The notes beneath the pieces were generated by a model, which was not told the origin of the DNA, did not search any database, and saw only the letters and a program-made list of their open reading frames with translations. Source: Kaistella sp. (GTDB taxonomy: Bacteria; Bacteroidota; Bacteroidia; Flavobacteriales; Weeksellaceae). From it: DNA of 64,000 nt. The translations under genes were made by a program, and so were the position numbers. Numbering within the stretch: position 1 is the first letter of the stretch; each line of letters begins with the position of its first letter. Shown here piece after piece: positions 29,333 through 39,666 of this stretch. The stretch is from positions 102,067-166,066 of the forward strand of contig NZ_JBGZYM010000084.1 of the NCBI RefSeq assembly GCF_041824135.1, given 5' to 3'.

Positions 29333-29598
29333 TTCAGCTTTCGAAAAGAGCATTTAGAGATTTACAAGCGATAAAAAAATCAGGACGTAAACTTGATATG
29401 AAAAAACTGGAACTTTTATTTCTAGAATTAGAACTTCATCCAAAATCTGGCACCGGTTCTCCAGAAAAATTACGGTATTATGAAGGCGAAGTATGGAGTA
29501 GAGAAGTCAATAAAAAAGACAGATTGGTGTACGAGATTTTCGACGAAGATTTGCTGGTAATTGTAATACAGTCATTGGGTCATTACGACGATCGATAG
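29317..29598 (+). CDS. Txe/YoeB family toxin
   Basis: HPKSGTGSPEKL, WSREVNKKDRLVY and GHY C-terminus. Confidence 0.92.
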   Translation: MGKYIIQLSKRAFRDLQAIKKSGRKLDMKKLELLFLELELHPKSGTGSPEKLRYYEGEVWSREVNKKDRLVYEIFDEDLLVIVIQSLGHYDDR

Positions 29599-29769
29599 AT
29601 TTAAATTCCTTTCTAAAATAATCATTCATTTAATCTAATTTCATTAAAATTAATGGGATTTTTTTTTGTTAAGAAGTATTTTCACAATGTTAATAAAGAT
29701 TAATATTAAATAGAGAAACTTACCAGTCTTTTTCGGAAATTTGCACCACTAATTATTAAATGAATTATA

Positions 29770-30408
29770 ATGGGAATCGGAAATATTTTTAAAATGTTCC
29801 AGCCGAAAGACAAAGTGTTTTTTGTACTGTTTGAAAAAGTTGCTGAAGAACTGGTAGCGATGTCAAAAGAATTTCATGAAAGTCTTTTGGACTTTGACAT
29901 CAACGACGACACCATGTTGCAACACATGAGCGACTACGAACACCGTATGGATGATTTAACCCATGAAATATTCGTACAGTTAGGAGAAAACTTTATTACT
30001 CCGTTTGATAGAGAAGACATCAGTCATTTAGCCAGTGGGTTAGATGATATTGCGGATTTCATGTATGCGTCAGCCAAATATATTTATTTATACAAAGCAC
30101 CACTGGATCCAGCTTACACCGAATTTACCCTTTTAATTTACAAATCTTGTTTGGAAGTTCAGTCAGCACTTAAAAACCTGAACGACTTCAAAGATCCGAA
30201 AGCAGTGAAAGAATCGTGTATCAAGATCAACTCTTTCGAAAATATTGCAGATGACGTTTTAAGTCAGGCGATTGTTAAATTGTTTGATACCAATGATGCA
30301 CTTTTGATCATTAAAGTAAAATCAGTTTTGGAATATCTGGAAACGGTTACCGACAAAGCAGAAGATGTGGCTAATACCATCGACAGTATTTTGATTAAAT
30401 ACGCTTAA
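29770..30408 (+). CDS. DUF47 / PhoU-like phosphate transport regulator
   Basis: FITPFDREDI..LAS.LDD and ETVTDKAEDVA; upstream of a PiT gene. Confidence 0.92.
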   Translation: MGIGNIFKMFQPKDKVFFVLFEKVAEELVAMSKEFHESLLDFDINDDTMLQHMSDYEHRMDDLTHEIFVQLGENFITPFDREDISHLASGLDDIADFMYASAKYIYLYKAPLDPAYTEFTLLIYKSCLEVQSALKNLNDFKDPKAVKESCIKINSFENIADDVLSQAIVKLFDTNDALLIIKVKSVLEYLETVTDKAEDVANTIDSILIKYA

Positions 30409-30441
30409 TCTATTCCCTAATTTAGTACAAACAAAAGAAGA

Positions 30442-31584
30442 ATGGATTTACCAATTCTACTCATCATCATCATTGTATTAGCGCTTATATTCGACTATAT
30501 CAATGGTTTTCACGATGCCGCAAACTCGATTGCGACCATTGTTTCAACAAAAGTTTTAACGCCTTTTCAAGCAGTTCTTTGGGCTGCCGTCTGGAATTTC
30601 GCAGCCTTCTTCCTCGCTGCTTATGTAATTGGAGAATTTAAAATTGGGAATACCATTGCCAAATCCGTCAATACCGATTTCATCAATCTTGAAGTCATCT
30701 TTGCCGGCTTGGTGGCTGCGATCGCCTGGAATTTGTTAACCTGGTGGTTTGGGATTCCATCTTCGTCCTCACACACTTTGATCGGTGGTTTTTTAGGAGC
30801 CGCTTTAATGCACGCCTTAGTTACCGATTATCATCTTATTGCTTTGGCACAGCCGAATCTGGAGATCTTTGACAAACTCATATTGGCCTTTAAGCAGCTC
30901 TTTACGCAGAATGTCGTCAGGTACGATAAAGTGATTCCAATCTTTTTATTCATTTTCTTAGCACCGTTAATTGGGTCTGCGATCTCAATTGTAATTACCT
31001 TGTTCATTGTCAATGTTTCGAAAAGATCAAGTCCGCGAAAAGCAGATAATGCTTTCAAAAAATTACAGTTGCTTTCTTCTGCGGCGTTCAGTTTAGGACA
31101 CGGTTTGAATGATGCTCAGAAAGTCATGGGGATCATTGGTGCGGCGATCATATTTCACCACACCAAAACTCTGCAGGATCCTGTTTATCTGGCATTAGAT
31201 AGCTCTCACCAATTTAATTATTTCGTAGATCATTATTTTTGGGTTCCCTTTGTATCTTTCTTAATGATTTCTTTAGGAACGATGAGTGGTGGCTGGAAAA
31301 TTGTAAAAACAATGGGTACCAGAATTACTAAAGTAACGCCTTTAGAGGGAGTTGCTGCTGAAACTGCTGGAGCAATCACGCTTTTCATTTCAGAGCATTT
31401 CGGAATTCCAGTTTCTACAACTCATACCATCACCGGTGCCATCATCGGGGTAGGAGTTACCAAAAGAGTTTCCGCCGTAAGATGGGGAATCACCGTAAGT
31501 TTATTATGGGCTTGGATTTTAACCATACCAATTTCTGCAATGGTTGCAGGACTCACTTATTTGGTTGTTGTCTTTGTAAAATAG
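30442..31584 (+). CDS. Inorganic phosphate transporter (PiT family)
   Basis: NGFHDAANSIAT, PSSSSH, HGLNDAQK and PVSTTH signatures. Confidence 0.95.
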   Translation: MDLPILLIIIIVLALIFDYINGFHDAANSIATIVSTKVLTPFQAVLWAAVWNFAAFFLAAYVIGEFKIGNTIAKSVNTDFINLEVIFAGLVAAIAWNLLTWWFGIPSSSSHTLIGGFLGAALMHALVTDYHLIALAQPNLEIFDKLILAFKQLFTQNVVRYDKVIPIFLFIFLAPLIGSAISIVITLFIVNVSKRSSPRKADNAFKKLQLLSSAAFSLGHGLNDAQKVMGIIGAAIIFHHTKTLQDPVYLALDSSHQFNYFVDHYFWVPFVSFLMISLGTMSGGWKIVKTMGTRITKVTPLEGVAAETAGAITLFISEHFGIPVSTTHTITGAIIGVGVTKRVSAVRWGITVSLLWAWILTIPISAMVAGLTYLVVVFVK

Positions 31585-31603
31585 AAAGTCTTTTATATAA
31601 TGG

Positions 31604-31632
31604 AAGCCATCTCGGGAGAGATGGCTTTTTTT
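31604..31632 (+). terminator. Intrinsic terminator after PiT
   Basis: aagccatctc / gagatggctt stem plus T-tract. Confidence 0.85.
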
Positions 31633-31689
31633 GGTTTATTTTCTTCGTCAAAGATTTTTAAATCGTATTTTTGCCCAAACAGAAAATTT

Positions 31690-32661
31690 ATGCAGTTTTT
31701 AGATGAATATCAGGAGATGGTTGCCACCGCGATCGAAAAATATATTTTTAAAGATAAACCAGAGGAACTGTATGCTCCGATGAATTATATTATTTCACAT
31801 GGTGGAAAACGACTTCGTCCGATGATGGTTTTAATGGCGTGTGAAATGTTTGATGGTGATTTGCAAAAGGCACTAAAGCCAGCTTTGGCTATCGAGTTTT
31901 TCCATAATTTCACGCTGATTCATGATGATATTATGGATGAAGCGCCACTTCGTCGCGGAAAGCCGACTATTCATACTTTGCACGGAATAAATACTGGAAT
32001 TCTCTCTGGTGACGCTTTAATGTTCAAAGCCATTAAGTTTTTTGAAGACCTGGAACCCAATTTGTACAAAGCATGTATGCGTGTTTTCATTCATACGGGC
32101 TTATTGCTTTGTGAAGGTCAACAGTACGATATCAACTTTGAAACGCAGGACGAAGTGACCTTTAATGATTACATCAGAATGATCACCTATAAAACTGGAA
32201 TTTTAAGTGCCTCTTCTTTTGAGATCGGTGCCTTGATCGCTGGTGCAGATTTTAAAGATGCCAAAGCGATTTTCAATTTCGGTAAACATGTCGGAATCGC
32301 CTTCCAGATTATGGACGATTATTTAGATGTTTTTGGAAACCAGGAACAGTTTGGTAAGAAACACGCTGGAGATATTTATGAAAATAAGAAAACCGTACTA
32401 TACCTTTTAGCCAAAGAACACGGAACAGAGGAAGAAAGAAAAGAACTGGAATTCTGGTACTCCAAGAAAACCGACAATGTTGATAAAGTGTACAGCGTAG
32501 AAAAGATTTTCAGACGTACCAAAGTGGACGAAAAAACATTGCTGCTCATTCAGGAACACAATGAACTTGCTCAACAATATCTTAATAAAATTAGTGTTTC
32601 AGATGCGAAGAAAAAGCCATTTATTGAACTGGCGAATTACTTATTGAGAAGAGAAAGCTAG
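31690..32661 (+). CDS. Polyprenyl diphosphate synthase
   Basis: GGKRLRP, HDDIMD (FARM) and MDDYLD (SARM); tatttttg box at 31666-31673 supports the 31690 start. Confidence 0.93.
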   Translation: MQFLDEYQEMVATAIEKYIFKDKPEELYAPMNYIISHGGKRLRPMMVLMACEMFDGDLQKALKPALAIEFFHNFTLIHDDIMDEAPLRRGKPTIHTLHGINTGILSGDALMFKAIKFFEDLEPNLYKACMRVFIHTGLLLCEGQQYDINFETQDEVTFNDYIRMITYKTGILSASSFEIGALIAGADFKDAKAIFNFGKHVGIAFQIMDDYLDVFGNQEQFGKKHAGDIYENKKTVLYLLAKEHGTEEERKELEFWYSKKTDNVDKVYSVEKIFRRTKVDEKTLLLIQEHNELAQQYLNKISVSDAKKKPFIELANYLLRRES

Positions 32662-32736
32662 TAGATGTTTTCTTGAACTTCCGCATCATCAAATCATCTC
32701 AGCATATTATAAAATCATCCCATCGTCAGATCGACC

Positions 32737-33687
32737 ATGAAATTTAGAACAGAAGTAGAAATTCCAAATTCTAGCAAAAAAATAGATATTGAAGATCAAA
32801 TCTTTTCAATCGGCTCCTGCTTTTCAACCGAAATGACCGATCTTTTAAAAGACGGACAATTGCAGACTTTCAATAATCCTTTTGGAACACTTTTCAATCC
32901 TTTTTCGATCAACCATGCAGTTTCTAAATTGCACAATGCCGAATTTTACGAAGAAGGAGATTTGATTAGTTTTAACGAAGAAGTAATTTCTTTGGATCAT
33001 CACACGTCGTTTAATACGCGATTTGTACATCAGACTCTAGACAAGATTAATAGTCAGATAGAAGCTGGGAATCAGTTTTTAAGGAAGACCAGTTGGATTA
33101 TCATTACGTACGGAACTTCCCATATTTATGAATTTCTGCCGAAGAAAAAACTGGTCTCCAATTGTCACAAAATTCCAGCCAAGTATTTCGAAAAAAGATT
33201 TCTCACTCATTTAGAACTGACAGATTCCATTTACGAAACCGTTGTTAATCTTACCGACATTGCAAAAGACGACGTCCAGATTTTATTCACAGTTTCGCCT
33301 GTTCGTCATACGAAAGACGGGATGGTTGAAAATAATTTGAGTAAAGCGAAGTTGATTACCGCAATCCATGAGATTCTTCCACAATTTGAAAACTGTCATT
33401 ATCTGCCGGCTTATGAAATTCTAATGGATGATTTACGGGATTACCGTTTTTACAAAGAAGATTTAATTCATCCCAATAATCAGGCGATCAATTACATCTG
33501 GGAAAAATTTGGGAATGCTTATTTCTCCGATGAAACCATGGATTTTATTGAAGAAAATTTAAAAATTGCAAGATCTCTAGACCATAAAACCGCCGATGAT
33601 AAAGATCCAAAATATCAGGAATTTTTGGGAAAGTTAAAAGAAAGAATTTCGATCCAACAATCGAAAGTGAAGCATAAAATATTTTAA
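32737..33687 (+). CDS. GSCFA domain protein (SGNH-like)
   Basis: GSCFS, NPFGT, TVSPVRH and DDLRDYRFY..D..HP. Confidence 0.9.
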   Translation: MKFRTEVEIPNSSKKIDIEDQIFSIGSCFSTEMTDLLKDGQLQTFNNPFGTLFNPFSINHAVSKLHNAEFYEEGDLISFNEEVISLDHHTSFNTRFVHQTLDKINSQIEAGNQFLRKTSWIIITYGTSHIYEFLPKKKLVSNCHKIPAKYFEKRFLTHLELTDSIYETVVNLTDIAKDDVQILFTVSPVRHTKDGMVENNLSKAKLITAIHEILPQFENCHYLPAYEILMDDLRDYRFYKEDLIHPNNQAINYIWEKFGNAYFSDETMDFIEENLKIARSLDHKTADDKDPKYQEFLGKLKERISIQQSKVKHKIF

Positions 33688-33692
33688 AATCA

Positions 33693-33776
33693 TTTGGGCA
33701 GACATTTCCGCCTTCCGCTCCCGCTTTTTTATTTCGCTGCGCTACACAAAAAGAGCTCCGCTCAAGTCGGGCTGCA
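33693..33776. repeat. Structured intergenic repeat, copy B
   Basis: Same flanking blocks as 11580-11672 with a different central segment. Confidence 0.85.
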
Positions 33777-33849
33777 GCGGGGAACTCAATAGAAACTTTG
33801 GTTTGTTAATTTAAAATCTAATATCTGTCACCTAAAAATTACCACAAAA

Positions 33850-34614
33850 ATGATTGATACTCATACCCATTTATATTCCGAAGAATTCGACGAGGATCGA
33901 AAAGAAATGATTTCCAGAGCAATCGGAAAAGGCGTTTCTAAGTTTTATCTTCCGGCAATTAATTCGGAGACTCATGAAAAAATGCTGGCTTTAGAAACTG
34001 AATATCCATCTCAGATTATATCAATGATGGGTCTTCACCCGTGCTATGTACAGCCGGAATCGTGGGAACAGGAATTAAAATTAGTTGAAGAGTATTTGGA
34101 TAAAAGACCGTTCGCCGCCATCGGTGAAATCGGGATTGATTTACATTGGGATAAAACTACTTTAGATATTCAGGTAAAAGCTTTTGAACAGCAAATCGAT
34201 TGGGCAATTGAAAAAGATCTACCGATTGTGATTCACACCCGAGAAAGTTTTGATGAAGTCTTCGAAGTCCTAGACCGAAAAAAACATCCAAAATTACGTG
34301 GAATTTTTCATTGTTTTTCAGGCGATTTACAGCACGCCCAACGAGCAATTGATTTGAATTTCATCTTAGGGGTCGGTGGAGTAGTCACATTTAAAAATGG
34401 AAAGATCGATCAATTCTTAAATGAGATCCCTTTAGACAAGATCGTCTTAGAAACAGATTCTCCTTACTTAGCGCCTGTCCCACATCGAGGGAAAAGAAAC
34501 GAAAGTTCTTTCTTGGATTTGGTCGTGGGAAAATTGGTGAATATTTATGGTAAAGACTTTTCTGAAATTGATAGAATCACCACAGAAAACGCGGAGAAAA
34601 TGTTCTCAATTTAA
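33850..34614 (+). CDS. tatD: TatD family hydrolase
   Basis: IDTHTH, GEIG, HTRE, HCFSG and ETDSP. Confidence 0.93.
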   Translation: MIDTHTHLYSEEFDEDRKEMISRAIGKGVSKFYLPAINSETHEKMLALETEYPSQIISMMGLHPCYVQPESWEQELKLVEEYLDKRPFAAIGEIGIDLHWDKTTLDIQVKAFEQQIDWAIEKDLPIVIHTRESFDEVFEVLDRKKHPKLRGIFHCFSGDLQHAQRAIDLNFILGVGGVVTFKNGKIDQFLNEIPLDKIVLETDSPYLAPVPHRGKRNESSFLDLVVGKLVNIYGKDFSEIDRITTENAEKMFSI

Positions 34615-34622
34615 GCAAGATA

Positions 34623-34746
34623 TTTTTCACGCAAAGACGCGAAGTTTTTCTGTGTTGCCGCAAAGTTTTTTAAATATTATACAGATGATTTCAAAAAAAA
34701 GACCGCAATGCTCAATACTGCGGTCTTTGCGTCTTTGCGTGAAAAA
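34623..34746. repeat. 22-bp inverted repeat enclosing an inner hairpin (REPIN-like)
   Basis: tttttcacgcaaagacgcgaag (34623-34644) versus ctttgcgtctttgcgtgaaaaa (34725-34746): 21 of 22 complementary. Confidence 0.8.
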
Positions 34747-34779
34747 GACTCGTCTGAGAAGTCGGAGGTTTTATTAATA

Positions 34780-35751
34780 CTATTTTAATTGATAAACCCC
34801 AAATACATAATCACTCGGATGTTTTTCCAGGAATTCATCCTCAAGTTGAAAAATCCGTTCTAAAACTTCTTTTTTTTCTGGAGTCAATTCTACGAAATGA
34901 TGAGAGATCTCTTTTAGTGCACTCTGCAGAATATTATTACCATAAAATTTTTCTTCCAAAATATTAAATTTTTCATGAATTGAAGGAATGATAGAAGCTG
35001 AATCTACACATTCTGAGGGGTCGGCAATGATCATCCGTAAAACTCCAGAACCGTAATATTTGTTTTTGTAAATGTTGGTCTTGAATATTTTTCTATATTC
35101 TTTCGGGATAATAGAAATAGCTTTGTTAATATATTCCAACTGCATTTTAGAATATTGTAAACGCGTTGCACCCACATATTCATTGATGATCAACAAACCT
35201 TTCGGCTCCAGGTTTTTAATAACAACTTGATCTAGAAATTCAGAAATACGGTCAAAATGATGCAGCGAAGCATGGAAGAAAATCACATCATATTTTTTAT
35301 TTTGAAAGTTGTGCTGCAAAATATTTGTAGCGAAATAGGAAATGTTTTTTAATCCTTTTTTATCTGAAATTATTTTTCCTTTTTGTAATAATTCATCTGA
35401 GAAATCATAGCAATCAATTTCACAGTTTTGATTCATTTCTGCAAGTCGAATTTCATGACTGCACACTCCGGTTCCCAATGCTAAAATTTTGATCTTGTCT
35501 TTATTCTTAAAATATTTTTCAGTAAGGTATTCTTCGTAAAGGGTGTTTTCATTTCCGGTGATGAGTTTGTTCCATCTTTTTGCAACCGCTGGTACGATCC
35601 AAAAACTTGAAGTTTCTAATATATTATCATTAAATGCGCTTTTTGTACGCTGAAAAGAATCGCTATTAATTTTTGAAAGCAAGAACGGTAAACCTCTTTG
35701 GTGAAATTTAATGTAAATGTCAGAAATATCTTCTCTGGTTATGATTCTCAT
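34780..35751 (-). CDS. Class I SAM-dependent methyltransferase
   Basis: ILALGTG, DFS, YDVIFFHASLHH and LEPKG.LIINEYVG. Confidence 0.88.
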   Translation of the reverse strand: MRIITREDISDIYIKFHQRGLPFLLSKINSDSFQRTKSAFNDNILETSSFWIVPAVAKRWNKLITGNENTLYEEYLTEKYFKNKDKIKILALGTGVCSHEIRLAEMNQNCEIDCYDFSDELLQKGKIISDKKGLKNISYFATNILQHNFQNKKYDVIFFHASLHHFDRISEFLDQVVIKNLEPKGLLIINEYVGATRLQYSKMQLEYINKAISIIPKEYRKIFKTNIYKNKYYGSGVLRMIIADPSECVDSASIIPSIHEKFNILEEKFYGNNILQSALKEISHHFVELTPEKKEVLERIFQLEDEFLEKHPSDYVFGVYQLK

Positions 35752-35974
35752 TAAAGATTAATATAATTTAAATGTTGTGTCTGTGTAAAATTATAATTTT
35801 AATATTGATAAAAAAAAATTAAAGTGTTTACTGTATTTATTGTTTTTTTTAAAGTGAAAATATTTTTTAAAGTGGTCTTTCAAAAGATAAATACAAAAAG
35901 ACCACAAAATTCAAATTTTGCGGTCTTTTTGTTTTTTTCACGTCTTTGCGTGAAAGAATCTTTCCGTGAAAGAA

Positions 35975-37228
35975 TTATCTATTTCTCGTAAAATTACTTT
36001 TGTTATTTGGCTTTTTACTATGACCGCTCGCAGAATTTCCTTGAGGTGGTCTCGGTCTGAAAGGTTTATTGTTCGAATCTCTTTTTTCAGCTACCAAGTT
36101 TTCAGTATGAAAAGGATGCTCCTTTTCAACTGGAATTTTCTTACCGATTAATTTTTCGGTATTCTTTAGATTCAATAGATCTAAACCATCAACGAAAGAG
36201 ATCGAACTTCCTTCTGAGCCTGCTCTTCCAGTTCTACCGATTCGGTGAACGTAAGTTTCAGAAACATCAGATAATTCAAAGTTGACTACATATTTCAATT
36301 CATCAATATCGATTCCTCTCGCTGCAATATCAGTTGCGACCAAGATTCTTGTTTTTCCAGATTTGAAATTAGAAAGCGCATTCTGACGTTGATTCTGAGA
36401 TTTATTTCCGTGAATCGCTTCTGCAGAAATTTTATGACTCTGCAGTTTTCTGGCAATTTTATCAGCACCATGTTTCGTGCGTGAAAATACAAGAACAGAT
36501 TCTCTAATATCGTTCTGTAAAATGTGCGTTAACAGATCCAGTTTGTTGTCTTTATCTACAAAATAAACTTTCTGCTGAATCGTATCTGCAGTTGCAGAAA
36601 CTGGTGCTACTTCAACCTGGATCGGATTGGTCAACATCGAGCTTGCCAGTTTATTGATCTCTTCCGGGAACGTTGCCGAGAAGAAAAGGGTTTGTCTTTT
36701 TTGCGGAAGTAATTTAATAATTCTCTTCACATCATGAACAAATCCCATATCGAGCATTCTGTCTGCTTCGTCTAACACGAAAACTTCTAAATGCTTTAAG
36801 GAAATAATTCCTTGAGAAATAAAATCCAGTAATCTTCCTGGAGTTGCTACAAGAATATCCACGCCTCTTCTTAATGCGTTTTCTTGAGCCGCTTGTTTAA
36901 CACCACCGAAAACAACCAGATTTCTTAATCTTAGGTGTCTTCCGTACGATTTAAAACTTTCATCAATTTGAATGGCTAACTCTCTTGTTGGAGTCAGAAT
37001 CAATACTTTGATGTGATTGTTTTTTTGGTTTTTAATGGCTAGATTTTGCAGGATCGGAATAGCAAATGCTGCAGTTTTTCCTGTTCCAGTTTGGGCAGTT
37101 CCTAATAAATCTCTGCCTTGTAAAATATGGGGAATCGATTTTTGTTGAATAGGTGTTGGTTGGGTGTAACCCTCTTCCTTAAGCGCTTTTGCGATAGGAT
37201 CAATTAAGTTTAAGTCGGTAAAATTCAA
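35975..37228 (-). CDS. DEAD-box RNA helicase (RhlE-like)
   Basis: AQTGTGKT, PTRELA, DEAD, SAT, ARGID and HRIGRTGR; TTG start. Confidence 0.95.
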   Translation of the reverse strand: MNFTDLNLIDPIAKALKEEGYTQPTPIQQKSIPHILQGRDLLGTAQTGTGKTAAFAIPILQNLAIKNQKNNHIKVLILTPTRELAIQIDESFKSYGRHLRLRNLVVFGGVKQAAQENALRRGVDILVATPGRLLDFISQGIISLKHLEVFVLDEADRMLDMGFVHDVKRIIKLLPQKRQTLFFSATFPEEINKLASSMLTNPIQVEVAPVSATADTIQQKVYFVDKDNKLDLLTHILQNDIRESVLVFSRTKHGADKIARKLQSHKISAEAIHGNKSQNQRQNALSNFKSGKTRILVATDIAARGIDIDELKYVVNFELSDVSETYVHRIGRTGRAGSEGSSISFVDGLDLLNLKNTEKLIGKKIPVEKEHPFHTENLVAEKRDSNNKPFRPRPPQGNSASGHSKKPNNKSNFTRNR

Positions 37229-37393
37229 ATGAAATGTTTTTAATTAAAATGAAACTCGTGTCATTCTATAATATATGTAACGAAGAAAATGAAGTAAAAA
37301 AACTTTGCGAGTTTTCAGTTCCGCAGGAAGCGGATTCATCTAGAATGACTACGTCCATAAAAAAACCTTCCGTGAAGAAGGAATTTAGTTCTG

Positions 37394-37401
37394 CAAATAT
37401 A
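37394..37401 (-). promoter_or_regulatory. -7 promoter box for the RhlE-like helicase, implying a ~160-nt leader
   Basis: Reverse complement of caaatata is tatatttg (TAnnTTTG). Confidence 0.55.
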
Positions 37402-37434
37402 GTTTAATTATTTTTAGCAATGGATATTTACGAA

Positions 37435-37911
37435 TTATTCAATTTTAGTCCAATTTTGATTGGTCTTTAGATCATCAATGAATTGATATAGTTTTTCCAG
37501 TCCTGGAGTTCCATGTTTTCCATAATCCTTGATTTTTTTCACGCTACCATCTTCATAATTGAGTGTCAGATAAGAAGTCGGCAAGTCGCTTACGTTCTGG
37601 TTGCCATAATTATCTTTTAATTCTTTAGGATTTAATGAATTTAATATGGATACTAACTCTTCGTACTGAATTTCATTAATGGTTCCTTTAAAAGTACCTT
37701 CATCCTTTTCGGAGGACGTATCTCTCGAAAAGTTAAATCTTTTTGCTTCAAAAATTGCAGTTCGATCAGCATTGAGGGTCATTTTGTAAACTGGACAAAA
37801 TCCAAAACAGGCACCAGCTTCATAGGTAATGGTTGAGTATTTCGAATTAACTTTGTTGGTCGAGCAGTTAAGCAATAAGAACATTGCGAGAAGACTAAAT
37901 AAATATTTCAT
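37435..37911 (-). CDS. Lipoprotein, DUF6438-like
   Basis: Lipobox LLNC, CFGFCPVY and SDLPT; ATG at 37911. Confidence 0.75.
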   Translation of the reverse strand: MKYLFSLLAMFLLLNCSTNKVNSKYSTITYEAGACFGFCPVYKMTLNADRTAIFEAKRFNFSRDTSSEKDEGTFKGTINEIQYEELVSILNSLNPKELKDNYGNQNVSDLPTSYLTLNYEDGSVKKIKDYGKHGTPGLEKLYQFIDDLKTNQNWTKIE

Positions 37912-38002
37912 AGATTTTTTTTCATTAGGTTTCAATAACTATTCCAAAAAAATAGATCTGCTAAAAGCAAATCTATTATTTTTTATGAGTATGTATTAAA
38001 TA

Positions 38003-38986
38003 TTATCCGTGCAACTGTTTCCAGATCGCATCCTTCAATTCCATTAAACCTTCCTGCGTAACGGCTGAAAAGTAAATTGGTTTTTTATTTTCCGGAAATT
38101 CTTTTGAAATCTCAGCTTTTAATTCATCGTCTAATAGATCTGCTTTAGAAACGGAAATAATGTAATCTTTATCTAAAAGCTCTGGATTGTACTGCTGCAA
38201 TTCATTTTCCAAAATTTTAAACTCCTGAAAATGACTTTCTGAATCGGCCGGAATTAAGAATAAAAGAATCGAGTTTCTTTCAATATGTCTCAAGAATCGA
38301 TGCCCTAGTCCTTTACCTTCCGCTGCACCTTCGATAATTCCAGGAATATCTGCCATTACAAAAGATTTGTAATTTCGGTAATCTACAATTCCTAAATTTG
38401 GCGTCAACGTTGTAAAAGCGTAGTTCGCAATTTTTGGTTTCGCCGCTGAAACTGCTGCCAGTAAGGTTGATTTTCCAGCATTTGGAAATCCAACTAAACC
38501 AACATCAGCCAATAATTTTAATTCAAAAGTTATATAGCCTTCTTCACCAGGCAAGCCAGGTTGTGCATATCTTGGCGTTTGGTTGGTAGAAGACTTAAAA
38601 TGTTCATTTCCTTTACCACCTTTACCACCTTTTTTCAAGATGATCTCCTGACCGTGTTCTAAAATTTCGGCAACGATTTCTCCTTCCTCATTTTTAGCGA
38701 TAGTTCCTAACGGAACTTCAATATATACATCTTCACCATACGCTCCGGTCAACTGGTTTTTACTTCCGTTTTTACCGCGTTCTGCTTTCACATGTCGCGT
38801 ATAACGCAAAGGAAGTAAAGTCCACTCGTGGGAATCTCCTTTTAAAATTATGTGACCACCGCGTCCACCATCTCCACCATCTGGCCCACCTTTTGGGACA
38901 TATTTTTCACGGTTAAGGTGTGCTGATCCAGCACCGCCATGACCACTTGTACAATGGATTTTTACGTAATCTACGAAATTTGACAT
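38003..38986 (-). CDS. obgE: GTPase ObgE
   Basis: Gly-rich Obg fold ([12 protein letters not shown]), GFPNAGKS and DIPG; ATG at 38986. Confidence 0.97.
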   Translation of the reverse strand: MSNFVDYVKIHCTSGHGGAGSAHLNREKYVPKGGPDGGDGGRGGHIILKGDSHEWTLLPLRYTRHVKAERGKNGSKNQLTGAYGEDVYIEVPLGTIAKNEEGEIVAEILEHGQEIILKKGGKGGKGNEHFKSSTNQTPRYAQPGLPGEEGYITFELKLLADVGLVGFPNAGKSTLLAAVSAAKPKIANYAFTTLTPNLGIVDYRNYKSFVMADIPGIIEGAAEGKGLGHRFLRHIERNSILLFLIPADSESHFQEFKILENELQQYNPELLDKDYIISVSKADLLDDELKAEISKEFPENKKPIYFSAVTQEGLMELKDAIWKQLHG

Positions 38987-39070
38987 AATTGAGTTCTTAG
39001 TTATCACGAGCGAAAACGACAAAGCAATCCAATTCAACAGATTGCTTTACTGCCTCGCAATAGCGATTTT

Positions 39071-39649
39071 TTATTTTATTTTTTCTACTTCCGCAAAAAG
39101 TTTTTCAGAGATTTCGTCGATCGCGCCAACTCCGTTTACTTCTACATATTTGCCTTGTTGTTTGTACAATTCGGCAACTTCTGCAGTTTTTGCGTAATAT
39201 TCTTTAATTCTATTGCTGATGATCTCCTGATTAGAATCATCCGTTCTTCCACTGGTTTTTCCTCTTTTTAAAAGACGCTCCACTAAAACTTGATCTTCTA
39301 CAATTAAAGAAAGACAAACGTTGATATCGCTGTTTAAAATTTCTTTAACAATTTTTTCTAAAGCTTCTGTTTGGTTTGCGGTTCTGGGAAATCCGTCGAA
39401 AATAAATCCTTGTGCGTCACATGGCTTTTTTAATTCATCGGTCAACATATCGATCGTTACTTGGTCTGGAACCAACTCGCCTTTATCGATGTATGATTTT
39501 GCCAATTGACCAAGTTCGGTATCGTTTTTCATATTGAAACGAAATAGGTCGCCGGTAGAAATTTGTTTAAGATTAAACTTTTCGATCAAATTCTGCGCTT
39601 GTGTACCTTTTCCGCTTCCTGGAGGACCGAATAGAACAATGTTTATCAT
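39071..39649 (-). CDS. adk: Adenylate kinase
   Basis: GPPGSGKGTQ, STGDLFR and DGFPRT. Confidence 0.97.
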   Translation of the reverse strand: MINIVLFGPPGSGKGTQAQNLIEKFNLKQISTGDLFRFNMKNDTELGQLAKSYIDKGELVPDQVTIDMLTDELKKPCDAQGFIFDGFPRTANQTEALEKIVKEILNSDINVCLSLIVEDQVLVERLLKRGKTSGRTDDSNQEIISNRIKEYYAKTAEVAELYKQQGKYVEVNGVGAIDEISEKLFAEVEKIK

Positions 39650-39666
39650 TTTTATCAGATTTATTT

